Positions 46,504 to 56,160 are shown, numbered from the stretch's first letter. The stretch is 64,000 bases of DNA from Nitrospirota bacterium (GCA_015233015.1 JADFYO010000015.1:450-64449); one strand, 5' to 3'. The notes: generated from the letters alone by a model not told the origin. Numbers and translations are program-made.

Positions 46504-49500
46504 TTGACGTTAGATATAGTGGCCGCTGGCAGCTTCCCTTTTAATAACCAAAACCTTTTTTCCAATAATTATCTGCAATATATCTTACCAGAATCTGACC
46601 TTTGGAAACAGCGGAGTCCGAAGGCCAGAGAGGCGTATGAATCCATAAAAGTGCATTATGAAAAAATAAGGGAATTAAATTTAGGTACGGGCCAGGAGGC
46701 CGAATTAGAAGATAAATTTATCAGACCAGTTATCTCTGCCCTTGGTTATGAGTACTCCGTGCAACCTGTTACCCAACGTAATAGTGCTACGAAGAAAAGG
46801 CCGGATTACGCCTTATTTAAGGATTTAGAGGCACGAACTACCGCGTACGCCGAAAAGGACAACCTTAAAAAGTTTTATTCCTGCGCGATAACCATTATTG
46901 AGGCAAAACACTGGGGACGCCGCCTTAATGACACTGACAGAGGCGATACCATCGACAGCCGCGACCCCACGGCACAGACAATAAAATACCTTGAGGATGT
47001 TCACTACCACAGCGGCGGCCTGACAAACTGGGCTTTTCTCACAAATGGAAAGACCTGGAGGCTGTTTTATTACAGGGCAAGCTCCAAAGTGGGGAACTAT
47101 TACGAGGTTGACCTCGAGGAGATAATTCTAAACGGCGACGCGGAGAGTTTCTTGTATTTTTACCTGTTTTTCGCGAAAGACGCCTTAATTGAAGACCCTG
47201 CCACCGGAAAAACATGGCTTGAGCAGCACTTAAAAGGCTCTGAGGATTATGCCGTAAGGGTCTCCGAAAGGCTCAGAGATCTTATATTTGACGAGGTATT
47301 TGAGCTTCTGGCCGCAGGTTTTATTCACTTTAGAAAGACGGCGCTCTCTATTGTGAATGAAACACAGGAGAACAGGGAGGCAATATTCAAAGGCTGCCTG
47401 ACACTGCTTTACCGCCTCCTGTTTTTACTATACGCAGAAAGCCGAAACCTCCTTCCAATGGATAACGGTCATTACAGAAAGATTAGTCTATCGTCGGTAA
47501 AAGAGGCCGTCAGCAATGATATCGTAACTAACGGAATCGCCGGAATGAGCAGAAACATGTATAGCTATTGGGCAAGACTTGACGGCATATTCGGGATAGT
47601 CTCAAAAGGCGACCCCGGCATGAACGTACCGGTATATAACGGAGGGTTATTCGAGGCGTCGAAATCCGGCATCCTCAAAGACCATAAAATCGCCGACCCC
47701 TTCATAGCCAGGGCATTAGAGCTGCTTACAGTTGATAATGATGGGCATTTGACCAGCCGGTTTATCGATTATTCGTCCCTTGGCGTTCGTCATCTTGGCG
47801 ACATCTATGAGGGACTGTTAGAGTTTCGGCTGCAAATTGCAGACGAGGACATCGCCGAGGTCAGGGAAAATGGCAAGTCTCTCTGGAGAAAGGCCGCAGA
47901 TGTAAACCCAGCGGCGAAGACATTTAAAAATAAGCCTAAGGGAGAGGCGTATATCGAAAACTCAAAGCACGAGAGAAAGTCCACAGGTTCATATTACACG
48001 CCGCATTACGTAGTGCAGTTCATAGTTGAACACACCGCCGCCCCTGTCCTCGATAAAAAACTGAACGAGGTGGAGGCTATGCTTTCAGAGCTTAGGCAGA
48101 CCAAATCGGCACTCAAAAAACAGAGGGCAACTGCCTCGATACAAGGGTACAGGGATAAAATAACGCACCTTGAAGAGGCAATATTTACAAGGCTTTTCGA
48201 TATTAAAGTCCTTGACCCATCAATGGGAAGCGGACACTTTTTAGTTCATGCCGTGGATTTCATCTCCGATAAGATAGCGGCGTTTCTCGCAGGTTACCCC
48301 GACAATCCGGTTATTGACAGGATCCTTGCCCAGCGAAAAGATATTATGGCAGAGACTGCTAAACAGGGGGTGAGGATTGACGAGGGCCGCCTTACAGAGG
48401 TAACCCTGATAAAGCGTCTGGTGATGAAAAGATGTATATATGGCGTTGATAGTAATGATATGGCGGTGGAACTTGCCAAACTTTCTCTCTGGCTTGATTG
48501 CTTTACAGTAGGCGCCCCGCTGTCGTTTATCGATCACCATCTGAAGTGCGGCAACAGCCTTATTGGCGTGCAGGATATTTCAGGCGTTGTACTGCCAAAT
48601 ACAAACGAATTCTCAAAATTTCAGCGCGCCCTCTCCTTTATTATACAGGTCTCGGAATTAACTGATTCCACCATCGACGAGGCAAAAAGAAGCTATGCCC
48701 TTTTCAAAGATTCAGCCGAGGAGCTTGCCCCGATTCGCAGGAGATTTGACGTAAACGTGGCTAAACATTTCATGGATATTTGTGAAATAGTAAGCCGTAT
48801 GGAGCATCTGGCCTATACGCTGGAGTTTGAGAAAGAGCCGTTTCCGGAGGTAGTCGAGGCATGTAATAAGGCCCTGCAAATAGCAAGAGAACATCGCTTC
48901 TTTCACTGGAGGCTGGAGTTTCCCGAAGTCTTCTATACCGTCAGCGGTGAGAGGGACACGCCAGGATTTGACTGCGTCATTGGCAACCCGCCCTATATCA
49001 ATATTATGCTTATAGCCGACGAGCAGATAAAATATTTAAAGAAGACTTACAAGACCGCAAGGAGACGATTTGACCTGTACGTACTGTTTTGCGAGCTGGC
49101 CGTAACACTACTCAAACGAGACGGCTATCATTCCTTTATCGTTCCCGATAAAATCCTCAGCGAAACATACGCCGCGTCTTTAAGAGAGATGCTTATTAAG
49201 GAATATAAGATAACAAATTTATTGAATTTAAAGAACATTAAGGTGTTTTACGAGGCCGCCGTAAAACCTGTTATTTATGTCATCGAGAATAAACCGGCAG
49301 AGGTTGGCAACGAGATAGCTGTCGAAACACCCCTGAATGACGCCTTAAAGGATATGGAAAAGGCAGTGGTCTGCCAGCATGATTTCCTGAAAATGCCGGA
49401 GTTCAGAATAAGATTCGAGTGGTCGCAGGGGATTGAAACAATAATAGATAAGATCGATAGGGTATCGTTTCCCGCGTCGAGGGTTCTTTATATTAGCTGG

Positions 49501-50631
49501 GGGGCACAGCCCGGCGTTAAAAATAACTTTATATATCATGGGACTGACTATGAATGTTCCAATCCCACCGGAGTTTGCGATGCCCGCCAGTGTCAACTGA
49601 ACAGGGGAAACTGTAAGGCATTAATAAAGGGGAGCGCTATCGGGCGGTATAGTGTCGAATACGAAAATGGTCATATTCTTTATGATATGAAAAAATTGCA
49701 CAGGCCAGCCTTCCCTGAGCTGTTTGAAAACGAAAAAATAGTTGTATGTGAAGTAACAGGTGAAAAAGGGTTAATTGCCGCGTATGATAATCTGAAATAT
49801 TATACAGACCACTCATTGATAAATTGTATATTAAAATTTCATTTACGGGACATCTCCGCGGAGTTGCAGACTGGGCGCGGGATACAATTTGTAGATTATG
49901 AACGGGATGAGAATGAACCCAATGGTAACAAAATATATGACAGGGATACGATTATTTACAAAGACGACCTTATGGCCAGCGAAAAATATAGCCTGAAGTT
50001 TATTCTATCGCTGATTAACTCCAGTGTAATAGGGTATTTTTATAAAAAATATGTTAGTGGGCAGCTTAACGTCTTCCCCGAACATATCAGGAAATTGCCG
50101 GTATTTGCCGTAGATTTCTCAACACCGGTTAATGAGAGAGAGAAAACCCTATCTGAGATTTCCAAACTCTATTCAGATAATAAATATGAAGAGATTCTAA
50201 GCATGGCAGTCAAAGAGCTTTCCATCTCGCGGGGCGATACAGTACACGACACACTTGCCTTTCTCGCAGGGGAGATGCACAGGTTAAATACTGCCAAAAA
50301 TAAGGAAGAGGCAGGGTTTCTTAAATGGCTTGAGCGTGGAATCGGCGCCGAAATAAAGGATTTAACAGGTAAAACTCAACTCAGGCACTATCACAAGTAT
50401 AAATTCGGCGAAATCCTCACAGTCCTCATAAAAAATAAGAATAAACTCTCAATCAACCTTTCTCAAAGGGAGAAACAGGAATTGCTGGAAACAGAATTTA
50501 CCAATAGCAAATCGATTCTCGCGCCGCTGAATACAAAAATCGACAACACGGACATTCTGATAGACAATATTGTATATAAACTATATGGCATGACGGAGGA
50601 GGAAGTAAAAATAATAGAAGGTTGCCGATAA
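46504..50631 (+). CDS. Type IIG restriction-modification fusion enzyme (PD-ExK nuclease + gamma-class N6-adenine methyltransferase + specificity region)
   Basis: 1375 aa. RPDYALF...IIEAKHWG is PD-(D/E)xK-like. TGSYYTP, DPSMGSGHFL (motif I) and VIGNPPYI (motif IV) mark the methyltransferase. The long C-terminal TRD-like region is of the Eco57I/MmeI architecture class. Confidence 0.8.
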   Translation: MTLDIVAAGSFPFNNQNLFSNNYLQYILPESDLWKQRSPKAREAYESIKVHYEKIRELNLGTGQEAELEDKFIRPVISALGYEYSVQPVTQRNSATKKRPDYALFKDLEARTTAYAEKDNLKKFYSCAITIIEAKHWGRRLNDTDRGDTIDSRDPTAQTIKYLEDVHYHSGGLTNWAFLTNGKTWRLFYYRASSKVGNYYEVDLEEIILNGDAESFLYFYLFFAKDALIEDPATGKTWLEQHLKGSEDYAVRVSERLRDLIFDEVFELLAAGFIHFRKTALSIVNETQENREAIFKGCLTLLYRLLFLLYAESRNLLPMDNGHYRKISLSSVKEAVSNDIVTNGIAGMSRNMYSYWARLDGIFGIVSKGDPGMNVPVYNGGLFEASKSGILKDHKIADPFIARALELLTVDNDGHLTSRFIDYSSLGVRHLGDIYEGLLEFRLQIADEDIAEVRENGKSLWRKAADVNPAAKTFKNKPKGEAYIENSKHERKSTGSYYTPHYVVQFIVEHTAAPVLDKKLNEVEAMLSELRQTKSALKKQRATASIQGYRDKITHLEEAIFTRLFDIKVLDPSMGSGHFLVHAVDFISDKIAAFLAGYPDNPVIDRILAQRKDIMAETAKQGVRIDEGRLTEVTLIKRLVMKRCIYGVDSNDMAVELAKLSLWLDCFTVGAPLSFIDHHLKCGNSLIGVQDISGVVLPNTNEFSKFQRALSFIIQVSELTDSTIDEAKRSYALFKDSAEELAPIRRRFDVNVAKHFMDICEIVSRMEHLAYTLEFEKEPFPEVVEACNKALQIAREHRFFHWRLEFPEVFYTVSGERDTPGFDCVIGNPPYINIMLIADEQIKYLKKTYKTARRRFDLYVLFCELAVTLLKRDGYHSFIVPDKILSETYAASLREMLIKEYKITNLLNLKNIKVFYEAAVKPVIYVIENKPAEVGNEIAVETPLNDALKDMEKAVVCQHDFLKMPEFRIRFEWSQGIETIIDKIDRVSFPASRVLYISWGAQPGVKNNFIYHGTDYECSNPTGVCDARQCQLNRGNCKALIKGSAIGRYSVEYENGHILYDMKKLHRPAFPELFENEKIVVCEVTGEKGLIAAYDNLKYYTDHSLINCILKFHLRDISAELQTGRGIQFVDYERDENEPNGNKIYDRDTIIYKDDLMASEKYSLKFILSLINSSVIGYFYKKYVSGQLNVFPEHIRKLPVFAVDFSTPVNEREKTLSEISKLYSDNKYEEILSMAVKELSISRGDTVHDTLAFLAGEMHRLNTAKNKEEAGFLKWLERGIGAEIKDLTGKTQLRHYHKYKFGEILTVLIKNKNKLSINLSQREKQELLETEFTNSKSILAPLNTKIDNTDILIDNIVYKLYGMTEEEVKIIEGCR

Positions 50632-50706
50632 CACGATGCTTACCATACTTGACCTGTCCTGTGGCGGCAGCTTAAAATAATCAGGATATTACTCAGGAGG
50701 TGTATA

Positions 50707-52644
50707 TTGCCGTTAAATATAGTTGAGAAGATAATTCAGTCACATCTTGTGTATGGGCAGCCCAAGGCGGGAGTTCCAGTAGGACTAAAAGTAGATGAGG
50801 TATATACGCAGGACGCAACGGGGACAATGGCGTGGCTTCAGTTTGAGGCAATAGGGATAGACACGGTGAACGTCCCCGTGGCCGTGTCCTATGTTGACCA
50901 TAACATGATTCAGTCAGGCTATATGAATCCCGACGACCATGCCTTTTTACAAAGCGCGGCAAGGCGTTTTGGGGCGTATTTTTCAAGGCCGGGAAACGGT
51001 ATCTGCCATCAGGTAAATCTGGAGCGCTTTGCCGCACCGGGCAAAATTGCCCTGGGGACGGACAGCCACACGCCGACAAACGGCGGCACCGGTATGTTAG
51101 CTATAGGCGTTGGCGGGCTTGACGCCGCTGTGGTAATGGGCGGGGCGCCTTTTGAGCTTAATATGCCGGCGGTTACACTGATTAGATTATCAGGGCAGCT
51201 TCGGCGTCCTTATGTTACCGCGATGGATGTTATTTTAGAGATACTGAAGCGCCTTACAGTAAAAGGCGGCGTTGGGCGAATATTTGAATATGGCGGCGAG
51301 GGTGCGGCTTCACTTGACGTAACAGAACGGGCGACTATAACCAATATGGGGGCAGAGCTTGGCGCCACTACATCGATATTCCCAAGCGACAAAAGGACAC
51401 TCGAATTCCTGAAGGCACAGGGCAGGGAGAGCGACTGGATAGAGTTGAAGGCCGACGACGGCGCCCAATACGCCCAAGTCATTGACATTGACCTCAGTAC
51501 CGTAGAGCCGATGGCTGCAAGGCCGCATAGCCCCGATAATGTCGTTACAGTGCGGGAACTTGCGGGAATGAAGGTTGACCAGGTCTGCATTGGTGGCTGT
51601 ACGAACTCCTCGTATCAGTCAATGCGCGCCGTGGCGTCGATACTCAAGGGTAAGACTGTGGCGGAGGGCGTTAATCTGCTTATAAATCCCGGGTCGCGTC
51701 AGGTCTATGAAATGATAGCCAGAGACGGCAGCCTGATAGCGATGCTTGCCGCGGGGGCGCGGTTACTTGAGACGTCATGCGGCCCGTGTATCGGAATGGG
51801 GGGCGCACCGGGAAGCGGACAGGTCTCTGTGAGGACATTTAACAGGAATTTCGAGGGACGTTCGGGGACGAAAGACGCCAAAGTCTTCCTTGCAAGCCCG
51901 ATAACATGTGCCGTTGCAGCGCTGACAGGCGAGTTTTCGGACGTTTTCAAGAGTGCGCTCAATATTCCTGCGGTTGAAGGGCCGGAAGAATATCCCGTTT
52001 GCAACAATATGATAATCCCGCCCGAGGCAGGCAATGTCCGGACTACTCAGATTGTTAAAGGGCCGAACATCAAAGACGTGCCAGTAAAAGCTCCCCTTTC
52101 CGATGAGATAAACGCCGAGGTGCTGATAGTCCTCGGCAACAACATCACCACAGACGATATAATGCCGGCCGGGTCGAAGGTATTGCCGTTTCGATCTAAT
52201 ATACCGGCGATTTCGGAGTTCGTGTTCTCCAACATCGACGCGGGATTTGTAAAACGGGCGCAGGATGCCGCAGGTGGGATTATTATAGGAGGAGAGAACT
52301 ACGGACAAGGCTCCTCCAGAGAACACGCCGCGCTTGCCCCTATGTACCTGGGGGTGCAGGCAGTTATAGCGAGGTCGTTTGCCCGTATTCACAGGTCTAA
52401 TCTGATAAATTTCGGCATATTGCCCCTTGTCTTTGAAGACGGCAGCGTTGCTGCAAAATTAAAAGTCGGAGACAGGTTAGTTATTAAAGGGATAAGGGAA
52501 GCGGTAAAGATTGGACAATCTTGCACTGTTGAAAACGCGACAAAGGGCTTTACGTTTACCTGTGTCTCTGATTTAAATGACCGCGAGCGGGATTTGATAT
52601 TAGTTGGAGGACTGCTCCCTTTTACGAAGGCAAAGACATCATAA
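50707..52644 (+). CDS. acn: aconitate hydratase (short, Aquifex-type)
   Basis: 645 aa. The Fe-S ligand motifs are IGGCTNSSY and ETSCGPCIGMGG, and the swivel domain has GENYGQGSSREHAA. The start codon is TTG. Confidence 0.85.
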   Translation: MPLNIVEKIIQSHLVYGQPKAGVPVGLKVDEVYTQDATGTMAWLQFEAIGIDTVNVPVAVSYVDHNMIQSGYMNPDDHAFLQSAARRFGAYFSRPGNGICHQVNLERFAAPGKIALGTDSHTPTNGGTGMLAIGVGGLDAAVVMGGAPFELNMPAVTLIRLSGQLRRPYVTAMDVILEILKRLTVKGGVGRIFEYGGEGAASLDVTERATITNMGAELGATTSIFPSDKRTLEFLKAQGRESDWIELKADDGAQYAQVIDIDLSTVEPMAARPHSPDNVVTVRELAGMKVDQVCIGGCTNSSYQSMRAVASILKGKTVAEGVNLLINPGSRQVYEMIARDGSLIAMLAAGARLLETSCGPCIGMGGAPGSGQVSVRTFNRNFEGRSGTKDAKVFLASPITCAVAALTGEFSDVFKSALNIPAVEGPEEYPVCNNMIIPPEAGNVRTTQIVKGPNIKDVPVKAPLSDEINAEVLIVLGNNITTDDIMPAGSKVLPFRSNIPAISEFVFSNIDAGFVKRAQDAAGGIIIGGENYGQGSSREHAALAPMYLGVQAVIARSFARIHRSNLINFGILPLVFEDGSVAAKLKVGDRLVIKGIREAVKIGQSCTVENATKGFTFTCVSDLNDRERDLILVGGLLPFTKAKTS

Positions 52645-52645
52645 T

Positions 52646-52720
52646 AAGGATTAAAGACGAAGGGGGATAATCCCCCTTCACCCCTGTGCCGCCCTTCGGC
52701 GGCTTCTGTGCTCCGGTTTT
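52646..52720. repeat. double-hairpin 3'-end element, copy 1 (probable bidirectional terminator)
   Basis: It contains the hairpins gaagggggataatcccccttc and gccgcccttcggcggc. The reverse complement of 62430-62505 is almost identical. Confidence 0.75.
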
Positions 52721-52748
52721 AGGCTATTATGACCTATTATTACACTGT

Positions 52749-53918
52749 TTATACCACGTTGTGGTACCTGCCGCCGACATCTTTAAAGGTTATTGTGACG
52801 GTGGTACCGTTGCTGGAGTTTATCTCTATGCGGCCTTTTAGTTTGCTTTGAACGAGGTCTTTTACGATTTGCAGGCCACAGTATATGCCCGTACCTGTGG
52901 TGCCTTCGGGAAATCCCCTTCCGTTGTCGCTTGCAATTAGTACAAATTCTTCATCGTTTTTGTTAAATGTAACTGTGATATTACCCTTGATATCTTTTGC
53001 AAAGGCATGTCTTAATGAGTTGGAGATTAATTCGTTTAGAATAAGGCCGCATGTAATCATCAGGTTGATGCCAAGCGAGTCCAGGTTTGAGACTATAGTC
53101 AGAACAGGGATCTGTTCGGCTGTATAGGCCGATACAAGGTCGCTGAAAAGAACATTTATGAAATCTTCGATATTAATGGTTAATAAGTCACCGCTCTGGC
53201 AGAGCTGGTCATGACTGACGGATATTACCTTTACTCTGGAGTAGCTGCTTCTGAATATGTCCGCAAACTCAGGATCGGTTATATTTGACATGCCGAGGTT
53301 CATTAAGCTTGAGATTATTTGCAGGTTGTTTCTTACCCGATGGTGAAGCTCTTTCAGGAGAATTTCCTTTTCTTTAAGCAATAAGGTGAGTTGTTGATTT
53401 GTGTCGTAAAGCTCTTGAGTCCTTTTTTTGACCATCTCCTCAAGTTTATCGTTATATGAGGCAAGGAGCTGGTTGAGATTGGTCAGTTCGGTTTGAGTCT
53501 GCTCCAGACTAATATTTTTCTCATCCAATGATTTTTGCAAACGATAAATCCTGAGATGGCTCTCGACACGCGAGAGAACCTCTTCTTTTTGAAACGGCTT
53601 GGTAATGTAATCCACCCCGCCATGTGTAAAGGCCTTAACCTTATCTGATACCTCGGTAAGTGCGCTGATAAAGATAACCGGAATGCCGGCGGTAACAGGG
53701 TCGGCTTTCAACCTTTGACACGTTTCAAATCCATCCATCTCAGTCATGTTTATGTCAAGGAGAATGATATCGGGAGGGCTATTTAGAGTAATACCCAGTG
53801 CCTCCTGCCCCGAGTAGGCCTTCAGCACATCATAGCCGTTGCGCGTCAGAATAGTATCCAACAGCTTGATGTTCAGAGATTGGTCATCTACCACCAGCAC
53901 ACAACCCTTAGAGGCCAT
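52749..53918 (-). CDS. hybrid response-regulator receiver / HisKA_2-type histidine kinase
   Basis: The REC domain has VVDDQ...ILLDINMTEMDG...ITKPF. A coiled coil follows, then the H-box ELHHRVRNNLQIISSL, the N-box ELISNSLRHAF, and the G-box SDNGRGFPEG. Confidence 0.8.
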   Translation of the reverse strand: MASKGCVLVVDDQSLNIKLLDTILTRNGYDVLKAYSGQEALGITLNSPPDIILLDINMTEMDGFETCQRLKADPVTAGIPVIFISALTEVSDKVKAFTHGGVDYITKPFQKEEVLSRVESHLRIYRLQKSLDEKNISLEQTQTELTNLNQLLASYNDKLEEMVKKRTQELYDTNQQLTLLLKEKEILLKELHHRVRNNLQIISSLMNLGMSNITDPEFADIFRSSYSRVKVISVSHDQLCQSGDLLTINIEDFINVLFSDLVSAYTAEQIPVLTIVSNLDSLGINLMITCGLILNELISNSLRHAFAKDIKGNITVTFNKNDEEFVLIASDNGRGFPEGTTGTGIYCGLQIVKDLVQSKLKGRIEINSSNGTTVTITFKDVGGRYHNVV

Positions 53919-54096
53919 CAGCTGCTCCCTCCGCTACCACGGGTTAACGCCGCTTCTGCAACATGCTTCACGCCGATATGCTTATTGAATATGTATATTA
54001 TGTCTGCCATTCTTAGATTCAGGGCATCATGCCCTATATTGACAGGTTCCCGCGCTGGCGGGAACCCGTGTCTTCTACCTCTTAACCCAAGAGATC

Positions 54097-54411
54097 CTAC
54101 CGGTAATGGTGGTGACGGCCATAGTAGTATGGGCGGCCAAAAGACACCCAATAGGCCGGAGCAGGTGGCGGCCAGTAAAACGCATCCCAATATGGCGGCG
54201 GCGGTGGTGGTGGAGCATAAAATACCGGTGGTGGTGGAACGTAAGCTACTGGCGATATCACAACCACTGGTCCACCCCAATAAGCCGGCGCAGGTGGCGG
54301 TACCATAACAGGAGCTGGCCCAGGTGGAGGAATGGGCGGTGGAAACGCCTCCGCAACTATCGGTATTATCAACAGACACAAAACAGCTAACAACAACGTC
54401 TTTGTTCTCAT
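54097..54411 (-). CDS. secreted proline-rich protein with repeated PPPAPAYW motif
   Basis: GGAGG lies 5 nt before ATG 54411. The signal peptide is MRTKTLLLAVLCLLIIPIVAEA. The mature part is Pro/Tyr/Trp-rich and ends in YYYGRHHHYR. Confidence 0.6.
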   Translation of the reverse strand: MRTKTLLLAVLCLLIIPIVAEAFPPPIPPPGPAPVMVPPPAPAYWGGPVVVISPVAYVPPPPVFYAPPPPPPPYWDAFYWPPPAPAYWVSFGRPYYYGRHHHYR

Positions 54412-54610
54412 AAACACCTCCTTGTCCTAATATCCATATCTCCTGCACTAGACTAAAACTAATCCTTGTTTATTGTCAAGAGAAATTACAGAGTGAAATT
54501 TTACATGTGTCAAGCCAGAGGGAGGTCTGAAGGATTTAGCCGTACCGGCCCCTCGGATATTTACATTATACGGCGATTAATATTATACTCGCCGTAAAAG
54601 AGGAGGTAAT

Positions 54611-55006
54611 ATGGTGAGAAAATCCTCAGTTGTGCTTACGTTAATGCTTGTGTCTGTCTCGATATTATTATCGGCGGCAGCGGCGGCGGCAGATAGCGCG
54701 CCATCGAAAGAGAGCTGGATAGGGCAGATGTCGGCAGTATTGCCGGGGGTTATGTGCGCGCCCAATCAATATTTCAGAAAATGCTTCAATATTGACCAGA
54801 ACAGCTGTAATGATGAGGCCGTGCGAGCCGTAAAATCATGCGCGGCGAGGTATGCCCCTGAAATGCCGGCGGTCTTTCTGCCAAAAGACGGCGAAAACTG
54901 GGGGCGTATAATCAGCGAGTGCGTTTACGAAGCGCTGGAATCAAACCTTCAGACGAATAATAAAATCACATCCGGCGACTGTAAAGACCTGTCTAAGAGG
55001 CAATAA
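54611..55006 (+). CDS. small secreted cysteine-containing protein
   Basis: AGGAGG ribosome-binding site, signal peptide ending AAAAAADS, and 7 Cys in the mature part. No family recognised. Confidence 0.5.
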   Translation: MVRKSSVVLTLMLVSVSILLSAAAAAADSAPSKESWIGQMSAVLPGVMCAPNQYFRKCFNIDQNSCNDEAVRAVKSCAARYAPEMPAVFLPKDGENWGRIISECVYEALESNLQTNNKITSGDCKDLSKRQ

Positions 55007-55009
55007 TTC

Positions 55010-55945
55010 ATGTGGCTTACGGCGAACAAACCAACTGAACACGGTATTTTGGCCGGGTTGATATTGACCATACTGTTAGCGTTATCTCCGCAGCTGGTAT
55101 CGGCAACCCCCGAATACGCGGCGAAAACCGGCCTTCAATGCGCGTCATGCCATGTAAACCCGGCAGGCGGCGGCAGGCTTACCCCTGAAGGCGAAAAATT
55201 CCTGCAAGCAAATGGCATGTTCAGACATCCCGCAAACCCGCAACGCGTAATCCGGCTGATTGTTGGATACCTGCACCTGATAACCGCCATAGCATGGTTT
55301 GGGACGATCATATATGTGCACCTCCTGCTGAAACCCGCATATGCCGCTAAAGGGCTTCCACACGGGGAATTAGCCCTCGGATGGAGCTCTATGGGAGTAC
55401 TTGCCATAACCGGCACATTGCTTACAGCAGCAAGAATTTCCTCTTTCAGGGCATTTTACCAGAGCAGGTTTGGAGTTTTACTGGCTATTAAAATATTTCT
55501 TTTTATTGTTATGGTGTCAACTGCCGCCATTGTTACTTTTGTTATTGGCCCAAGGCTGAAGAAGAGAAAATTCTCTAAACCCCAGGCTCTGAAGCCGGAA
55601 ATGAGTATTGAGGAGGTCTCCCTCTTCGATGGTTCTGAAACCAGCCCTGCCGCGTGTATCGTCTATAAGGAAAAAATTTATGACGTTACACAAAGTAAAC
55701 TCTGGAAAGGCGGCCGGCACATGAATAAACATCTTGCCGGTAGTGACCTGACAGCCGCCTTAAAGCTCGCCCCTCACGGCGAAGATAAAGTCATTGCCAT
55801 GCCGCTCGTCGGAAAGTTGGTTAATAAAACAGATATTCCGGTTGTCAGGCCGCTCCATGAGAGGGTTTTCTATATATTCGCGTACATGAATCTCGCGATG
55901 GTGTTTTTAATCACAGCCCTGATTGCACTATGGCGCTGGTGGTAA
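55010..55945 (+). CDS. membrane protein with an N-terminal monoheme cytochrome c motif and a C-terminal cytochrome-b5-like segment
   Basis: The order is signal peptide, CASCH, about 4 TM helices, then YKEKIYDVTQSKLWKGGRHMNKHLAGSDLT (b5-like heme/steroid-binding pattern) and a final TM. Confidence 0.55.
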   Translation: MWLTANKPTEHGILAGLILTILLALSPQLVSATPEYAAKTGLQCASCHVNPAGGGRLTPEGEKFLQANGMFRHPANPQRVIRLIVGYLHLITAIAWFGTIIYVHLLLKPAYAAKGLPHGELALGWSSMGVLAITGTLLTAARISSFRAFYQSRFGVLLAIKIFLFIVMVSTAAIVTFVIGPRLKKRKFSKPQALKPEMSIEEVSLFDGSETSPAACIVYKEKIYDVTQSKLWKGGRHMNKHLAGSDLTAALKLAPHGEDKVIAMPLVGKLVNKTDIPVVRPLHERVFYIFAYMNLAMVFLITALIALWRWW

Positions 55946-55962
55946 TTACACCAAAACCGGCC

Positions 55963-56160
55963 TTAAACCGCTGAGTCCCTGGCTACTTCCGCTGCCAGTT
56001 CTTCACGGCAGACTTTTTCCAGAGCGGGAAGATCGTTTTTAGCCAGCTTCCACATGAGGGGCGAAGAGATATTCTCGTAGTTGTGACGAAGGATATTCCC
56101 GATATCTGCCACCTTCCGCCAAGGAATTTCTGGATGGCGGCCTTTCATCAGAATACGCAA
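55963..56160 (-). pseudogene. HEPN/DUF86 (HepT-like) toxin, C-terminal half only, probably decayed
   Basis: The 65-aa ORF reads IPWRKVADIGNILRHNYENI. Aligned to the DUF86 consensus ipW...RNxxxHxY, Gly falls at the Arg position. The N-terminal half of the family is absent. Confidence 0.5.

Noticed and set aside
46504-50631. The large methyltransferase considered as a BREX PglX
   Set aside because: No pglZ, brxC, brxL or other BREX genes are adjacent. The N-terminus also carries a PD-ExK-like nuclease motif, which favours a stand-alone Type IIG enzyme.
51775-52392. 205-aa minus-strand ORF
   Set aside because: It is antisense to aconitase. It is a shadow ORF in GC-rich coding DNA.
53918-54448. 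176-aa minus-strand ORF and 94-aa plus-strand ORF (54106-54390) over the proline-rich region
   Set aside because: These are alternate frames of repetitive GC-rich DNA. Neither has a ribosome-binding site or a signal peptide. The 54097-54411 frame has both.
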